Source: Prevotella sp.
GTDB taxonomy: Bacteria > Bacteroidota > Bacteroidia > Bacteroidales > Bacteroidaceae
Length of the DNA stretch: 64,000 bases
NCBI GenBank assembly: GCA_003483565.1
Contig: DMYZ01000231.1
Span: 8,051-72,050, forward strand
Direction: 5' to 3'
Shown here in pieces: positions 39,809-49,670 of this stretch (position 1 is its first letter; each line of letters starts with the position of its first letter). Below the pieces are notes generated by a model. It saw nothing but the letters and a program-made list of their open reading frames with translations. It was not told the origin of the DNA and did no database searches. A program made the position numbers and the translations under genes.

Positions 39809-42496
39809 TTATTTATTTTGTAATTTGGCTATGGCATCCTTTAGGGCTGTCATTTTTTCTTCTGAATCACTTAACTTCTTACGTTCACGAGAAACAACAG
39901 TTTCGGGGGCGTGATCAACAAAATTTTTATTAGCCAGTTTCTTTTCAATTCCAGCATGAAATCCTTGTAGATGCTCCAACTCTTTTATCATTTTCTTAAG
40001 TTCGTCTTCTACATTAATCAACTCACCAACAGGAACTGCGAATTCATTAGTGCCAACGAGGAATCCAGATGCATCGTCTGTTTTGGCAGCAACGATCTTG
40101 ATATCTTTCAGATTCGCCATTTTGGTGATAATTGCATTGTAGGTCTCGAAAGGATTATGACTAATCACCTGTAGTTCGAGAATTTCTTTAGGAGAAATAT
40201 TCTTTTGGTTGCGAACAGTGCGTACTCCGCTTATAATTTGCTTTACATTTTCAATAGCATTAATAAGTTCCCTGTCATCTTCTGTGGGAGCCTCGATTTT
40301 TAATGTAGCACGCATGATACTTTCATTATCCTTTCGTTCATAGATATGCTGCCAGAGCTCTTCAGTAATGAACGGCATGAAAGGATGCAACATTTTCATT
40401 AAAGTTTCGAAAAATTTGAGGGTGTCATTGTAAGTCGTCTTATCAATTGGTTTCCCATATTCTGGTTTGATCATTTCAAGATACCAGCTGGAAAATTCAT
40501 CCCAGAAAAGGCGATATACGGTCATTAAAGCTTCACTAATGCGGTATTGTTTGAACTGTTCGTTTATTTCCGTATTGACAGCCTTTAATTTAGCATCAAA
40601 CCATTTGATTGCTATCTTATTAGCTTCTGGCTGTTCAATTTCAGCCGTTTGCCAGCCTTGGACAAGACGGAAGGCATTCCATATTTTATTATTGAAATTG
40701 CGCCCTTGTTCACAAAGACTTTCATCGAAAAGAATGTCGTTGCCAGCAGGAGCTGAAAGCATCATTCCCATGCGAACACCATCGGCACCGTACTTTTCAA
40801 TGAGCATGATAGGATCAGGTGAGTTTCCAAGAGATTTACTCATCTTACGGCCCAGTTTATCCCGAACTATACCGGTAAAATATACATGCTTAAAGGGTAA
40901 CTTGTTACGATATTCATAGCCAGCCATGATCATACGCGCTACCCAGAAAAAGATAATGTCAGGAGCTGTTACCAAGTCACAGGTCGGGTAATAATAGTTG
41001 ATTTCTTCATTGTCAGGATTGTTAATGCCATCAAATACGGAAATAGGCCATAACCAGGATGAGAACCACGTGTCCAGACAATCACTTTCCTGTTCTATAT
41101 CTTCTTTTCTCAGGGCTGAATTTCTCTCCTGTGCTAGTTTGAAAGCATCATCGATATTTTCTGCAACTACGAAATCTTTACGTCCCTCTTTGTTCGTAAA
41201 ATAGTAAGCAGGAATGCGGTGACCCCACCAAAGTTGTCGGCTGATGCACCAGTCCTTGACATTTTCCAGCCAGTGACGATAAATGTTTTTGTATTTTTTC
41301 GGATAGAATTCTATCTCATCTGTCATTACAGGAGGTAAGGCAATATCGGCAAAGTGCTTCATTTTGAGGAACCACTGTGTGCTCAATTTTGGCTCGATAG
41401 GTACGTTGGTACGTTCAGAAAATCCGACTTTATTATCGTAATCTTCTATTTTTTCCATCAAACGGTCATTTTGCAAGTCGATGGCAATCTGTTTACGGAC
41501 CTCCATTCGGTCCTGACCAATATACATTCCAGCAGCTTCTGAGATCGTGCCATTGTCATTGAAGATATCAATAGTCTCAAGTCCGTGCTTTAAACCTAGA
41601 GCATGGTCGTTGACATCATGGGCAGGAGTAACTTTCAGGCAACCTGTACCAAATTCAATATCAACATAACTATCTTCGATAACAGGAATCTGCCGATTGA
41701 TTAGAGGAATGATAACATGAAGTCCTTTCAACCATGTGTTTTTAATATCTTGAGGATTAATACACATAGCCGTATCACCCATGATTGTCTCAGGGCGGGT
41801 CGTGGCTACAACAGCATAGTAACCTTTATCGTCCTTATGCATTACATTTCCCTCATCCTTGCGAACTACAAGGTCTTGCTCCACTACATAATATTTCAGA
41901 TAATAGAGTTTAGAGTGCTCGTCTTTATAAATTACTTCTTCGTCAGAGAGTGCTGTCTGGGCTTTAGGGTCCCAATTGACCATACGTACTCCGCGATAGA
42001 TATATCCTTTGTTATAAAGGTCTACAAAAACTTTGATAACACCTTTGGAGCGTGTCTCGTCCATTGTGAAAGCAGTACGGTCCCAGTCACATGAGCAGCC
42101 TAGTTTACGTAATTGTTTCAGAATGATGCCGCCATGCTCATTCGTCCAGTCCCATGCTTGTTCTAGAAACTGATTACGAGTAAGGTCTGTTTTCTTGATG
42201 CCCTGTTGTGCCAGTTTGTTTACAACCTTGGCTTCTGTAGCGATGGAAGCATGGTCAGTGCCAGGAACCCAGCAAGCATTCTTTCCTTCCATACGCGCGC
42301 GCCGTACGAGAATATCTTGAATGGTATTATTTAACATGTGACCCATGTGGAGGACGCCCGTAACATTAGGAGGAGGGATAACGACTGTATAAGGTTCGCG
42401 TCCGTCAGGTTTACTACTGAAAAGCTTGTTGTCAAGCCAGTATTGATACCATTTAGACTCCACTTGTTGTGGGTCGTACTTACTTGCTAGTTCCAT
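39809..42496 (-). CDS. valS: valine--tRNA ligase
   Basis: [31 protein letters not shown]-terminal coiled coil. Confidence 0.97.
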   Translation of the reverse strand: MELASKYDPQQVESKWYQYWLDNKLFSSKPDGREPYTVVIPPPNVTGVLHMGHMLNNTIQDILVRRARMEGKNACWVPGTDHASIATEAKVVNKLAQQGIKKTDLTRNQFLEQAWDWTNEHGGIILKQLRKLGCSCDWDRTAFTMDETRSKGVIKVFVDLYNKGYIYRGVRMVNWDPKAQTALSDEEVIYKDEHSKLYYLKYYVVEQDLVVRKDEGNVMHKDDKGYYAVVATTRPETIMGDTAMCINPQDIKNTWLKGLHVIIPLINRQIPVIEDSYVDIEFGTGCLKVTPAHDVNDHALGLKHGLETIDIFNDNGTISEAAGMYIGQDRMEVRKQIAIDLQNDRLMEKIEDYDNKVGFSERTNVPIEPKLSTQWFLKMKHFADIALPPVMTDEIEFYPKKYKNIYRHWLENVKDWCISRQLWWGHRIPAYYFTNKEGRKDFVVAENIDDAFKLAQERNSALRKEDIEQESDCLDTWFSSWLWPISVFDGINNPDNEEINYYYPTCDLVTAPDIIFFWVARMIMAGYEYRNKLPFKHVYFTGIVRDKLGRKMSKSLGNSPDPIMLIEKYGADGVRMGMMLSAPAGNDILFDESLCEQGRNFNNKIWNAFRLVQGWQTAEIEQPEANKIAIKWFDAKLKAVNTEINEQFKQYRISEALMTVYRLFWDEFSSWYLEMIKPEYGKPIDKTTYNDTLKFFETLMKMLHPFMPFITEELWQHIYERKDNESIMRATLKIEAPTEDDRELINAIENVKQIISGVRTVRNQKNISPKEILELQVISHNPFETYNAIITKMANLKDIKIVAAKTDDASGFLVGTNEFAVPVGELINVEDELKKMIKELEHLQGFHAGIEKKLANKNFVDHAPETVVSRERKKLSDSEEKMTALKDAIAKLQNK

Positions 42497-42545
42497 TATT
42501 TATCTTAATTTTTTTATCTTAAATTCAATAGATACAAATCGGGTA

Positions 42546-42594
42546 CAAATTTACGAAAATTCTTTTAGATTTTCAAAAGAAATTTGTATTTTTG
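42546..42594. promoter_or_regulatory. divergent -7 elements for valS and mazG
   Basis: TAAATTTG on minus (42553-42546); TATTTTTG on plus (42587-42594). Confidence 0.6.
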
Positions 42595-42613
42595 CAAGTA
42601 AACAGATAACAGT

Positions 42614-43516
42614 ATGCATACTAAAGAAGAAAAAATAGAGGCTTTTGCCCGTTTGCTTGATGTTCAGGAACGTCTGAGAAAAGAGTGCCCCTGGGACCGA
42701 AAACAGACTTATGAGAGTCTTCGTCCTAATACGATAGAAGAGGTCTTTGAACTCTGTGATGCCCTGATGAAGGATGATAGTGAGAATATTTGTAAGGAAT
42801 TGGGAGATGTCATGGAGCATGTCTTGTTTTACTCTATTATAGGAGAAGAAACGAACGATTTCGATATGGCTGATGTTTGCAATAAGCAGGCAGATAAACT
42901 TATGTTTCGTCATGATTTTATAAATTGGAACAAGGAAGGTAATTGGAAAGTTACCAATCCGGATCTTGTTATTGATGAATATGGCCGGGTCGTGTATCGT
43001 GATGAATTGAAAACAGATGATTTACCCGTCGGAGATGCCTACAAGCCATCTACAGCCAATGAGGTAGAGATGACATGGGAACAACGTAAACAGAAAGAAC
43101 GTGACGGTAATAAGACAGTGTTGAGTGGTGTGCCTGATGCTCTGCCTTCATTAATCAAAGCTTATCGCATCCAGGATAAGGCGCGGAATGTGGGTTTTGA
43201 CTGGAAAGACAAAGTTGACGTTTGGGATAAAGTACGTGAGGAATTGGGAGAATTTGAAGTCGAGCTCCGTAAGGATGACAAAGAAAATGCAACTCGTGAA
43301 TTAGGTGACTTTTTTTTCAGTATCATCAATGCTGCAAGGCTTTACCATCTAAATCCGGATAATGCGCTGGAACTTACTAACCAGAAATTTATTTCTCGTT
43401 TCGGGTATGTGGAAAAACAGTTAAAGATGCAACATAAGTCATTTGCTGATTCCACTTTAGAGGAAATGGATAAATTATGGAATGAAGCAAAAATAATGGA
43501 AAGTAAAAATAATTAA
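42614..43516 (+). CDS. mazG: nucleoside triphosphate pyrophosphohydrolase MazG
   Basis: CPWDRKQT, EE..E...ELGD twice, VGFDW. Confidence 0.93.
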   Translation: MHTKEEKIEAFARLLDVQERLRKECPWDRKQTYESLRPNTIEEVFELCDALMKDDSENICKELGDVMEHVLFYSIIGEETNDFDMADVCNKQADKLMFRHDFINWNKEGNWKVTNPDLVIDEYGRVVYRDELKTDDLPVGDAYKPSTANEVEMTWEQRKQKERDGNKTVLSGVPDALPSLIKAYRIQDKARNVGFDWKDKVDVWDKVREELGEFEVELRKDDKENATRELGDFFFSIINAARLYHLNPDNALELTNQKFISRFGYVEKQLKMQHKSFADSTLEEMDKLWNEAKIMESKNN

Positions 43517-43529
43517 AAGATATTATGCT

Positions 43530-44096
43530 ATGAAAAAATTATTGACAATAGTAGTTGTGTTGGCTGCCTTAACCCTTGTGGGATGCAAGAACAGTAAGAA
43601 GGCTAATACTCATGTTGTGGTGGGTGAGAATAATACTAAAACAGATTCTGCAGATGACGGAGATTCAACTTTATATGGTGTCTGCGGTGATGGCTCAGCT
43701 ATGCATACCTTGCAATTAATTACAGATGCTGGTGATACTATAGATTATCTTATTGATGATTCAAAAGCAGATCCGGTGCAAGGAGGGCTTATGGCTGGAG
43801 ATCGTATGGCTGTTGTTGGCTATAAAGATGCTAATGGTGAATATACGGCAACCTCTATCATTAATTTAACTACTTTACTGGGTAAGTGGGTGAGTCTTGA
43901 TAAAAATTTTGAAATTCAGGAGGGTGGAACGGTAAAATGTTATATTAAAGAAGAAACCAATCCCTGGACATCCTGGAAAATCTATAATGGCAAATTAGTT
44001 CTGAATCGTGATACCTTTACAATAGACAATCTTGGTGCTGACAGTCTGTATCTTGAAAATAATGAAGGAATTTTTACTTTTAAGCGAGAAAAATAA
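43530..44096 (+). CDS. hypothetical lipoprotein
   Basis: Lipobox LVGC; beta-rich sequence. Confidence 0.75.
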   Translation: MKKLLTIVVVLAALTLVGCKNSKKANTHVVVGENNTKTDSADDGDSTLYGVCGDGSAMHTLQLITDAGDTIDYLIDDSKADPVQGGLMAGDRMAVVGYKDANGEYTATSIINLTTLLGKWVSLDKNFEIQEGGTVKCYIKEETNPWTSWKIYNGKLVLNRDTFTIDNLGADSLYLENNEGIFTFKREK

Positions 44097-44099
44097 TAT

Positions 44100-45014
44100 A
44101 TGGAACCATTTAGAGTACATATTTTAGGTTGTGGCAGCGCTTTACCAACATTTCATCATTATGCTTCTTCTCAAGTTATTGAGATTAGAGAAAAACTCTT
44201 TATGGTGGATTGCGGAGAGGGTACACAGATGCAACTTCGCAAAAGTCATCTCCGTTTCACTAAGATAAGTGCTGTGTTTATTTCTCATTTACATGGTGAC
44301 CATTGTTTTGGACTTATGGGACTGATCTCTACATTTGGCATGTTGGGACGTACCGCAACTCTTCATGTCTATGCTCCCTCAGAATTTGAACCTATTCTAC
44401 ACCAGCAGATAGAATTTTTTTGTACAGGATTGGAATATGCTATTGAGTTTCATGGAATAGACACTACACAGAATAAAATTGTTTTTGAAGACCGTAGTCT
44501 TACGGTTGAAACGATACCTTTAGTGCATCGCATTTCGTGTTGCGGATACGTTTTTCGTGAGAAGCCTTTGCTACGACATATCCGCAGAGATATGATCGAT
44601 TGTTATGAAATTCCAATCAGTCAAATCAATAATATCAAATTAGGAGCAGACTGGATAACTGATGATGGAGAAGTCATTCCTAATGAAAAATTAACGGTAC
44701 CGGCTGATAAGGCCAGAAGCTATGCCTACTGTAGCGATACCCGTTACCAGCCGGAACTTTATAAATCTCTGGAAGACGTCGATACACTTTATCACGAGAG
44801 CACTTATGCCAGTGATAATGAAAAGCGGGCTAGACAGTATTATCATAGTACTGCCCGGCAGGCTGCTATGGTGGCAAGAGATGCTCATGTAAATAAACTC
44901 TTACTTGGGCATTATAGTGCCCGGTATGATGATGAAACTGTAATTTTAAAAGAGGCAAAAGAAATATTTCCGAATAGTTATCTTACCGACGAAGGCAAGG
45001 TCTTTGATGTTTAA
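44100..45014 (+). CDS. rnz: ribonuclease Z
   Basis: LGCGSALP, DCGEGTQ, SHLHGDH, DT, HEST, HST, HYSARY. Confidence 0.95.
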   Translation: MEPFRVHILGCGSALPTFHHYASSQVIEIREKLFMVDCGEGTQMQLRKSHLRFTKISAVFISHLHGDHCFGLMGLISTFGMLGRTATLHVYAPSEFEPILHQQIEFFCTGLEYAIEFHGIDTTQNKIVFEDRSLTVETIPLVHRISCCGYVFREKPLLRHIRRDMIDCYEIPISQINNIKLGADWITDDGEVIPNEKLTVPADKARSYAYCSDTRYQPELYKSLEDVDTLYHESTYASDNEKRARQYYHSTARQAAMVARDAHVNKLLLGHYSARYDDETVILKEAKEIFPNSYLTDEGKVFDV

Positions 45015-45089
45015 TTCATAAAAAATATTGTTTTAGATGCGGGATATAAAAAAAATGATTATCTTTGCATGTATCTATATAATTCGCGC

Positions 45090-45404
45090 ATGAAAAAACC
45101 TTTACTTGTAATAGCTATGGTTTCCAGCTTGCTGGTTATTCCTTTTGGATTAGTCTCAATAGCGGCAGAGACAGCTGTTGAGATTAATGATTTTGGCGAA
45201 GATGAAATAGCCATCAGTATTCATAATAATATTATCCATGTTACAGGAGCTAATGGACAGATGATGTATATCTATAATGTTGCGGGCATTCGTGTGACAG
45301 CTATTAAGGTAGAAGGTAATGACAAGCAGTATAGTCTTAACCTTACCCGTGGATGTTATATCATTAAAATAGGAAAGACGGTAAGAAAGGTATCATTCAG
45401 TTGA
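45090..45404 (+). CDS. small protein consisting of a signal peptide plus T9SS C-terminal sorting-like domain
   Basis: IYNVAG...LTRGCYIIKIG..VRKV motif; promoter TATCTTTG at 45060-45067 favours the 45090 start. Confidence 0.75.
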   Translation: MKKPLLVIAMVSSLLVIPFGLVSIAAETAVEINDFGEDEIAISIHNNIIHVTGANGQMMYIYNVAGIRVTAIKVEGNDKQYSLNLTRGCYIIKIGKTVRKVSFS

Positions 45405-46969
45405 AATACATCCTGTTTGCGATAATTGCCCTCTGCGTGTTGCAGTCGTGTCATAACCATGAACCTAATCCTGATAAAAATATCTCTATGAATTATTATC
45501 AAAGGCTTAGGAATGATGATTATGCACTTAATTCTCATCGCATTCGCGGTTGGATAGACAGTCTCATACGGAATGATCAGGACTCGATGATGCCTGATTA
45601 TCGTACGCGAGAATATTATGTTAATCATAATCCTTTTCTGTGGATTGATCGCCATGGGATTGATGGGCGTGCAGATACATTACTTGGTTATCTCCAAGAA
45701 CTTCCAAAAGAAGGCTTCTCGCGTAAGAAATTTCGTGTCGGGCAGATCGAAAAAGATTTAAAACGTATACGGAATCTTGATTTTCAAGGCTCTGATAATC
45801 GTATTAATATGGTAATGGCGCGATTGGAATATAATCTTACTAAAGCCTACCTTCGTTATGTAAGTGGTCAACGTTTTGGTTTTCTCAATCCTGATGTTGT
45901 ATTTAATCATCATGACAGTATTATAGAAAAAGATCATCCTGCTGTTTATCGTACTCTTTATAATATTCCTACAGATCATAATGGAATGCAGTTTATCCAT
46001 TATGCGCTGGATATGATCAGCAAGGATAGTCTTAGTTCTTTTTTTCATAAGATACAGCCGAAGAGCCATTTATATTATCAACTTTATGCATGTTTACAAA
46101 AGCCTGGTTTGAATTTCTATCAGCGTAAGGTGATTATGTGCAATATGGAGCGTTGTCGCTGGCGTATGCATGATTATCCCCAACGTTACAGCAAATACAT
46201 TCTTGTAAATATTCCGTCGCTTCATTTGAAAGCAGTAGATAACAATCAAGTTCTTACCATGCGAGTTGGCTTGGGTGCTCTTGACACCAAGACACCTTTG
46301 CTGTACAGCAAGATTAATAAGATGGACGTCAACCCTCAGTGGATATTGCCGAAGAGCATTGTCAAAAAGAGTATTCTTCATCTTCTCGGCAACTTTCATT
46401 ATTTTTACAGTCGCCATTTTTTCGTACGTGATCGAAAGACGGGTAAAGAAGTAAAATGGAATAGGGTGACTCGGGATATGCTTATGAGTAATGACTATCT
46501 CGTTATTCAGGAGGGAGGAGAAGGGAACAGCCTTGGGCGGATTATTTTTCGTTTTCCTAATAATTTTTCTATTTATCTTCATGATACTAATTTCAAAGAT
46601 GTGTTTCAGCAGGATGTACGTGATGTAAGTCATGGTTGTATTCGTGTAGAGAAACCTTTTGATCTGGCTGTTTTTCTGCTGAAAGATAAAAATCAGGCAA
46701 TAATAAATAAAATAATTTATTCTATGTCAGCTGATGTGTCTTCACTTGGTCATCATGAATGGAATGACAAGATTATTGGTGGCAACGGTAAAGGCAAGGA
46801 TACCCTTGATAGAAGTCGGCTAATAGGTTCTTTATCTGTTAGTCCACAAATACCCGTGTTTATTGTTTACTATACTTTATATCCTGATCATAATGGCCAT
46901 CTTCATGAATATAAAGATTTATATGGATATGATGATTTAATCTATGAAATATTAAAGAACTATATGTAG
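45401..46969 (+). CDS. L,D-transpeptidase (YcbB-like) lipoprotein
   Basis: Lipobox LQSC; ILVNIP, NPQW, IYLHDT...SHGCIRV. Confidence 0.92.
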   Translation: MKYILFAIIALCVLQSCHNHEPNPDKNISMNYYQRLRNDDYALNSHRIRGWIDSLIRNDQDSMMPDYRTREYYVNHNPFLWIDRHGIDGRADTLLGYLQELPKEGFSRKKFRVGQIEKDLKRIRNLDFQGSDNRINMVMARLEYNLTKAYLRYVSGQRFGFLNPDVVFNHHDSIIEKDHPAVYRTLYNIPTDHNGMQFIHYALDMISKDSLSSFFHKIQPKSHLYYQLYACLQKPGLNFYQRKVIMCNMERCRWRMHDYPQRYSKYILVNIPSLHLKAVDNNQVLTMRVGLGALDTKTPLLYSKINKMDVNPQWILPKSIVKKSILHLLGNFHYFYSRHFFVRDRKTGKEVKWNRVTRDMLMSNDYLVIQEGGEGNSLGRIIFRFPNNFSIYLHDTNFKDVFQQDVRDVSHGCIRVEKPFDLAVFLLKDKNQAIINKIIYSMSADVSSLGHHEWNDKIIGGNGKGKDTLDRSRLIGSLSVSPQIPVFIVYYTLYPDHNGHLHEYKDLYGYDDLIYEILKNYM

Positions 46970-46972
46970 CTC

Positions 46973-47518
46973 GTGAAAACTGATGAGAGAATCATATTGG
47001 GGAAACTACAGAATCCTTCAACTATAAGGGAAGGATTTTGTATGATGGTACGTCAGTATAGTGAGCCTTTGTATTGGAAAATCAGGCGTATTGTCCTTAA
47101 TCATGAAGATGCTGATGATGTCCTTCAAAATGTATTTATGAAGGTATGGAGTCATCTTGATGATTTTAAGGGCGGTTCTTCTCTTTCAACCTGGCTTTTT
47201 CGTATAGCTATTAATGAAGCACTTGATTTTCTGAGAAAGAATAAAAACAACGTAGGTATTTCTGATAATGGAAATTTATTGGTAGTAGACCGTTTAATGG
47301 CTGACGAGTATTTTGATGGTGATGAAACCCAGGCAAAGCTCCAGGCTGCTATTGCCACTTTGCCAGAGAAGCAAAGAGTAGTTTTTAATATGAAATATTT
47401 CGATGATATGAAATACAGTGAAATAAGCAAAGTCCTAGGTACCAGTGAAGGAGCTTTGAAAGCGTCTTATCACCTCGCTGTAGGGAAAATAACAGAATAT
47501 TTAAAGATCCATAATTAA
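46973..47518 (+). CDS. ECF sigma-70 factor
   Basis: DADDVLQNVF, STWLFRIAIN, LPEKQR, YSEIS..LGTSEG. Confidence 0.93.
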   Translation: MKTDERIILGKLQNPSTIREGFCMMVRQYSEPLYWKIRRIVLNHEDADDVLQNVFMKVWSHLDDFKGGSSLSTWLFRIAINEALDFLRKNKNNVGISDNGNLLVVDRLMADEYFDGDETQAKLQAAIATLPEKQRVVFNMKYFDDMKYSEISKVLGTSEGALKASYHLAVGKITEYLKIHN

Positions 47519-47563
47519 ACCTTTTTGTAGGTATATCGTCTAATTTATAAAAAGAAAAAAGTA

Positions 47564-47941
47564 ATGTTGAACGAAGAAAAGATGCTGTTAGAAAAGTATG
47601 GTCGCAAGTCTACTTTTAGGGTTCCTGAAGGATATTTTGATCATTTTGCTGATACGATGACTTCTCGGATGTTAGAAGGAGCATCAGCCTCTAAAGCCAG
47701 TGTGCGTTTTCCTATATGGCATTATTCTCGTTCTGTCATCTTGACTGCAGCAGCAAGTATATGCTTTGCCGTATTTGGTGTAAGTGTTTATTCACATTAT
47801 AAAAATGTAGAGCATGCAGAGAAGGCGTCAGCAATTAATATAAAGTTTGATGGATCTCATAATGACAGTTTTGATGCTGCTGTTGACTATGTAATGATGG
47901 ATAGTGAAGATATGTATGCTTCATTGGCGGATAGTAAATAA
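47564..47941 (+). CDS. putative membrane anti-sigma factor
   Basis: FRVPEGYFD motif plus single TM, directly after the ECF sigma. Confidence 0.75.
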   Translation: MLNEEKMLLEKYGRKSTFRVPEGYFDHFADTMTSRMLEGASASKASVRFPIWHYSRSVILTAAASICFAVFGVSVYSHYKNVEHAEKASAINIKFDGSHNDSFDAAVDYVMMDSEDMYASLADSK

Positions 47942-47950
47942 AATGTATTT

Positions 47951-48406
47951 TTGCAAATGAGAAAATTTATTAGATATTCTTTATTAGTATTTGTGTTATT
48001 TATATCTGTTAATAGTTGGGGTGATACGCCAAAGAGTCTTTGGCAGAAATTTAATCCACAACGTTTTCAGGCTGAAATGGAACAATATATCACTACTCAG
48101 GCTATGCTTACGCCAGAAGAATCTGCAAAATTCTTCCCTGTGTATAGAGAATTAATGCAAAAACAGCGGGCGATATTCGAAGAGATGCATAGCTATTACT
48201 ATACAGATCTTTCCAATGGCAGAGCATGTATGCATGCTGTTCAACGTATGGACGCTCTGGATCTTCAAATGAAAAAACTACAGCAAATCTATCACAATAA
48301 GTTTTTAAAGATATTGCCGGCTAAAAAAGTGTTTTTAGTTATTCGTGCTGAAGAAAAATTTCATAGACAGGCATTTAAAAGAATGGCTGAGGATAAAAAG
48401 AATTAG
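47951..48406 (+). CDS. exported helical protein (Spy/CpxP-like, LTxxE motif)
   Basis: Signal peptide; LTPEESAKFFPVY; third gene of the ECF module. Confidence 0.65.
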   Translation: MQMRKFIRYSLLVFVLFISVNSWGDTPKSLWQKFNPQRFQAEMEQYITTQAMLTPEESAKFFPVYRELMQKQRAIFEEMHSYYYTDLSNGRACMHAVQRMDALDLQMKKLQQIYHNKFLKILPAKKVFLVIRAEEKFHRQAFKRMAEDKKN

Positions 48407-48499
48407 ATTGTTTTTAATGAAAGGGTATGAGTAATAGGGGAGCAAATGGCACTGTGTTGTTTTCTCTTCGTGATGTCTTATGCATTTTATTAGAAAAAA

Positions 48500-48531
48500 T
48501 TTGGTAGTGAAGAAAAAAAATATTACTTTTG
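48500..48531 (+). promoter_or_regulatory. promoter of tRNA-Arg
   Basis: TTTG (48500-48503), 20-nt spacer, TACTTTTG (48524-48531). Confidence 0.75.
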
Positions 48532-48554
48532 CATTCGAATTTGAATATTCAAGG

Positions 48555-48629
48555 GGTTCCGTAGCTCAGTTGGATTAGAGCAACGGCCTTCTAAGCCGTG
48601 GGTCATGGGTTCGAACCCCATCGGAATCA
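48555..48629 (+). tRNA. tRNA-Arg (TCT)
   Basis: GGTTCCG TAGCTCAGTTGGATTAGAGCA ACGGC CTTCTAA GCCGT GGGTC ATGGG TTCGAAC CCCAT CGGAATC A. Confidence 0.96.
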
Positions 48630-48636
48630 CAAATAG

Positions 48637-48672
48637 TAAAAAGAGGATTTTGGAAACAAAATCCTCTTTTTA
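48637..48672 (+). terminator. terminator after tRNA-Arg
   Basis: taaaaagaggattttg-gaaa-caaaatcctcttttta. Confidence 0.85.
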
Positions 48673-48817
48673 GTTGTTTTATAACTTGCCTGTAGTTTGC
48701 TTTAATTTCCAGTTCAATGTTTTTAATAAGGTTTCTTATATTTATGTCTAGGGCAAAGTCGGTCGGTATATATAAGATATATGGGCAATTTAAATCCTGC
48801 CATCGTTACAGTGATGC

Positions 48818-48927
48818 TGTTTGATATCCTTTTATGCAGCGATTCGATTCGAATCGCTGCATAAAAGGATATCAAATGGAAGGTAAAAGGATACCCGATA
48901 CAGAGCGATTCGAATCGAATCGCTTAT
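48818..48927. repeat. 22-bp-period array containing a perfect long palindrome and an inverted copy of its core
   Basis: tttgatatccttttatgcagcgattc (48820-48845) / gaatcgctgcataaaaggatatcaaa (48851-48876); taaaaggata at 48862 and 48884; core agcgattcgattcgaatcgct (48838-48858) recurs as its reverse complement at 48904-48924. Confidence 0.8.
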
Positions 48928-49044
48928 TGTTTGAGTACGGCAGAATTGTTGATTGTTATGAATTCTAAGGATAAGACCTGTGTGGAAAATTATATTCCAA
49001 TTACAATTTGCAGGTATAAAAAAAATTATAAAATAGTGGTGTAT

Positions 49045-49611
49045 TCAGAATTTTTTTAATTCTTCATAAACGCGACAAACTGGAAGTCCCATTACATTAT
49101 AATAATCGCCTTCCAGCTTAGTACATCCAATATAACCGATCCATTCCTGAATACCATACGCTCCGGCTTTATCCATTGGGTGATAATGTTCAATATAATA
49201 GTCTATTTCATTTAGACTAAGATCTCGAAAAGTAACAAGAGTTGTATCATGAAAATGTATTTGTCGACTCGTTGTAGTGAGGCATACCCCCGTTGTGACA
49301 GAATGTGTTCTGTTACTTAAGGCCTGCAACATTTTCCGAGCTTCATTCTGATCCGCCGGTTTTCCCAGAATTTTGCCGTTACAGATAACTACCGTGTCAG
49401 CAGTGAGGATGATTTCATTTTCTTTAATGTCGTCTTTATATGCAGCGGCTTTTTCTTGAGCTATATATTCAGGAACGCTTTCTGCCGCGATATTTTCTGG
49501 ATAATACTCAGAAATGTTTTTTTTCAAGATTACCTCAAAAGGAATGTCCAAACCTTTCAACAGTTCTTCTCTTCGAGGAGATCCACTGGCCAATATAATT
49601 TTTTTGTTCAT
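49045..49611 (-). CDS. maf: Maf family nucleoside triphosphate pyrophosphatase
   Basis: ILASGSPRR, TADTVV...GKP, DKAGAYGIQ, NVMGLP. Confidence 0.95.
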   Translation of the reverse strand: MNKKIILASGSPRREELLKGLDIPFEVILKKNISEYYPENIAAESVPEYIAQEKAAAYKDDIKENEIILTADTVVICNGKILGKPADQNEARKMLQALSNRTHSVTTGVCLTTTSRQIHFHDTTLVTFRDLSLNEIDYYIEHYHPMDKAGAYGIQEWIGYIGCTKLEGDYYNVMGLPVCRVYEELKKF

Positions 49612-49670
49612 AAAATAACTAAATACAATATATAAATATTTCTTTTTTACGGATCTTTATTATCCTTATT

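Noticed and set aside
48555-49044. Integrated element at tRNA-Arg (or tRNA-Cys)
   Set aside because: No integrase and no duplicated tRNA 3' end (att repeat) seen within the window
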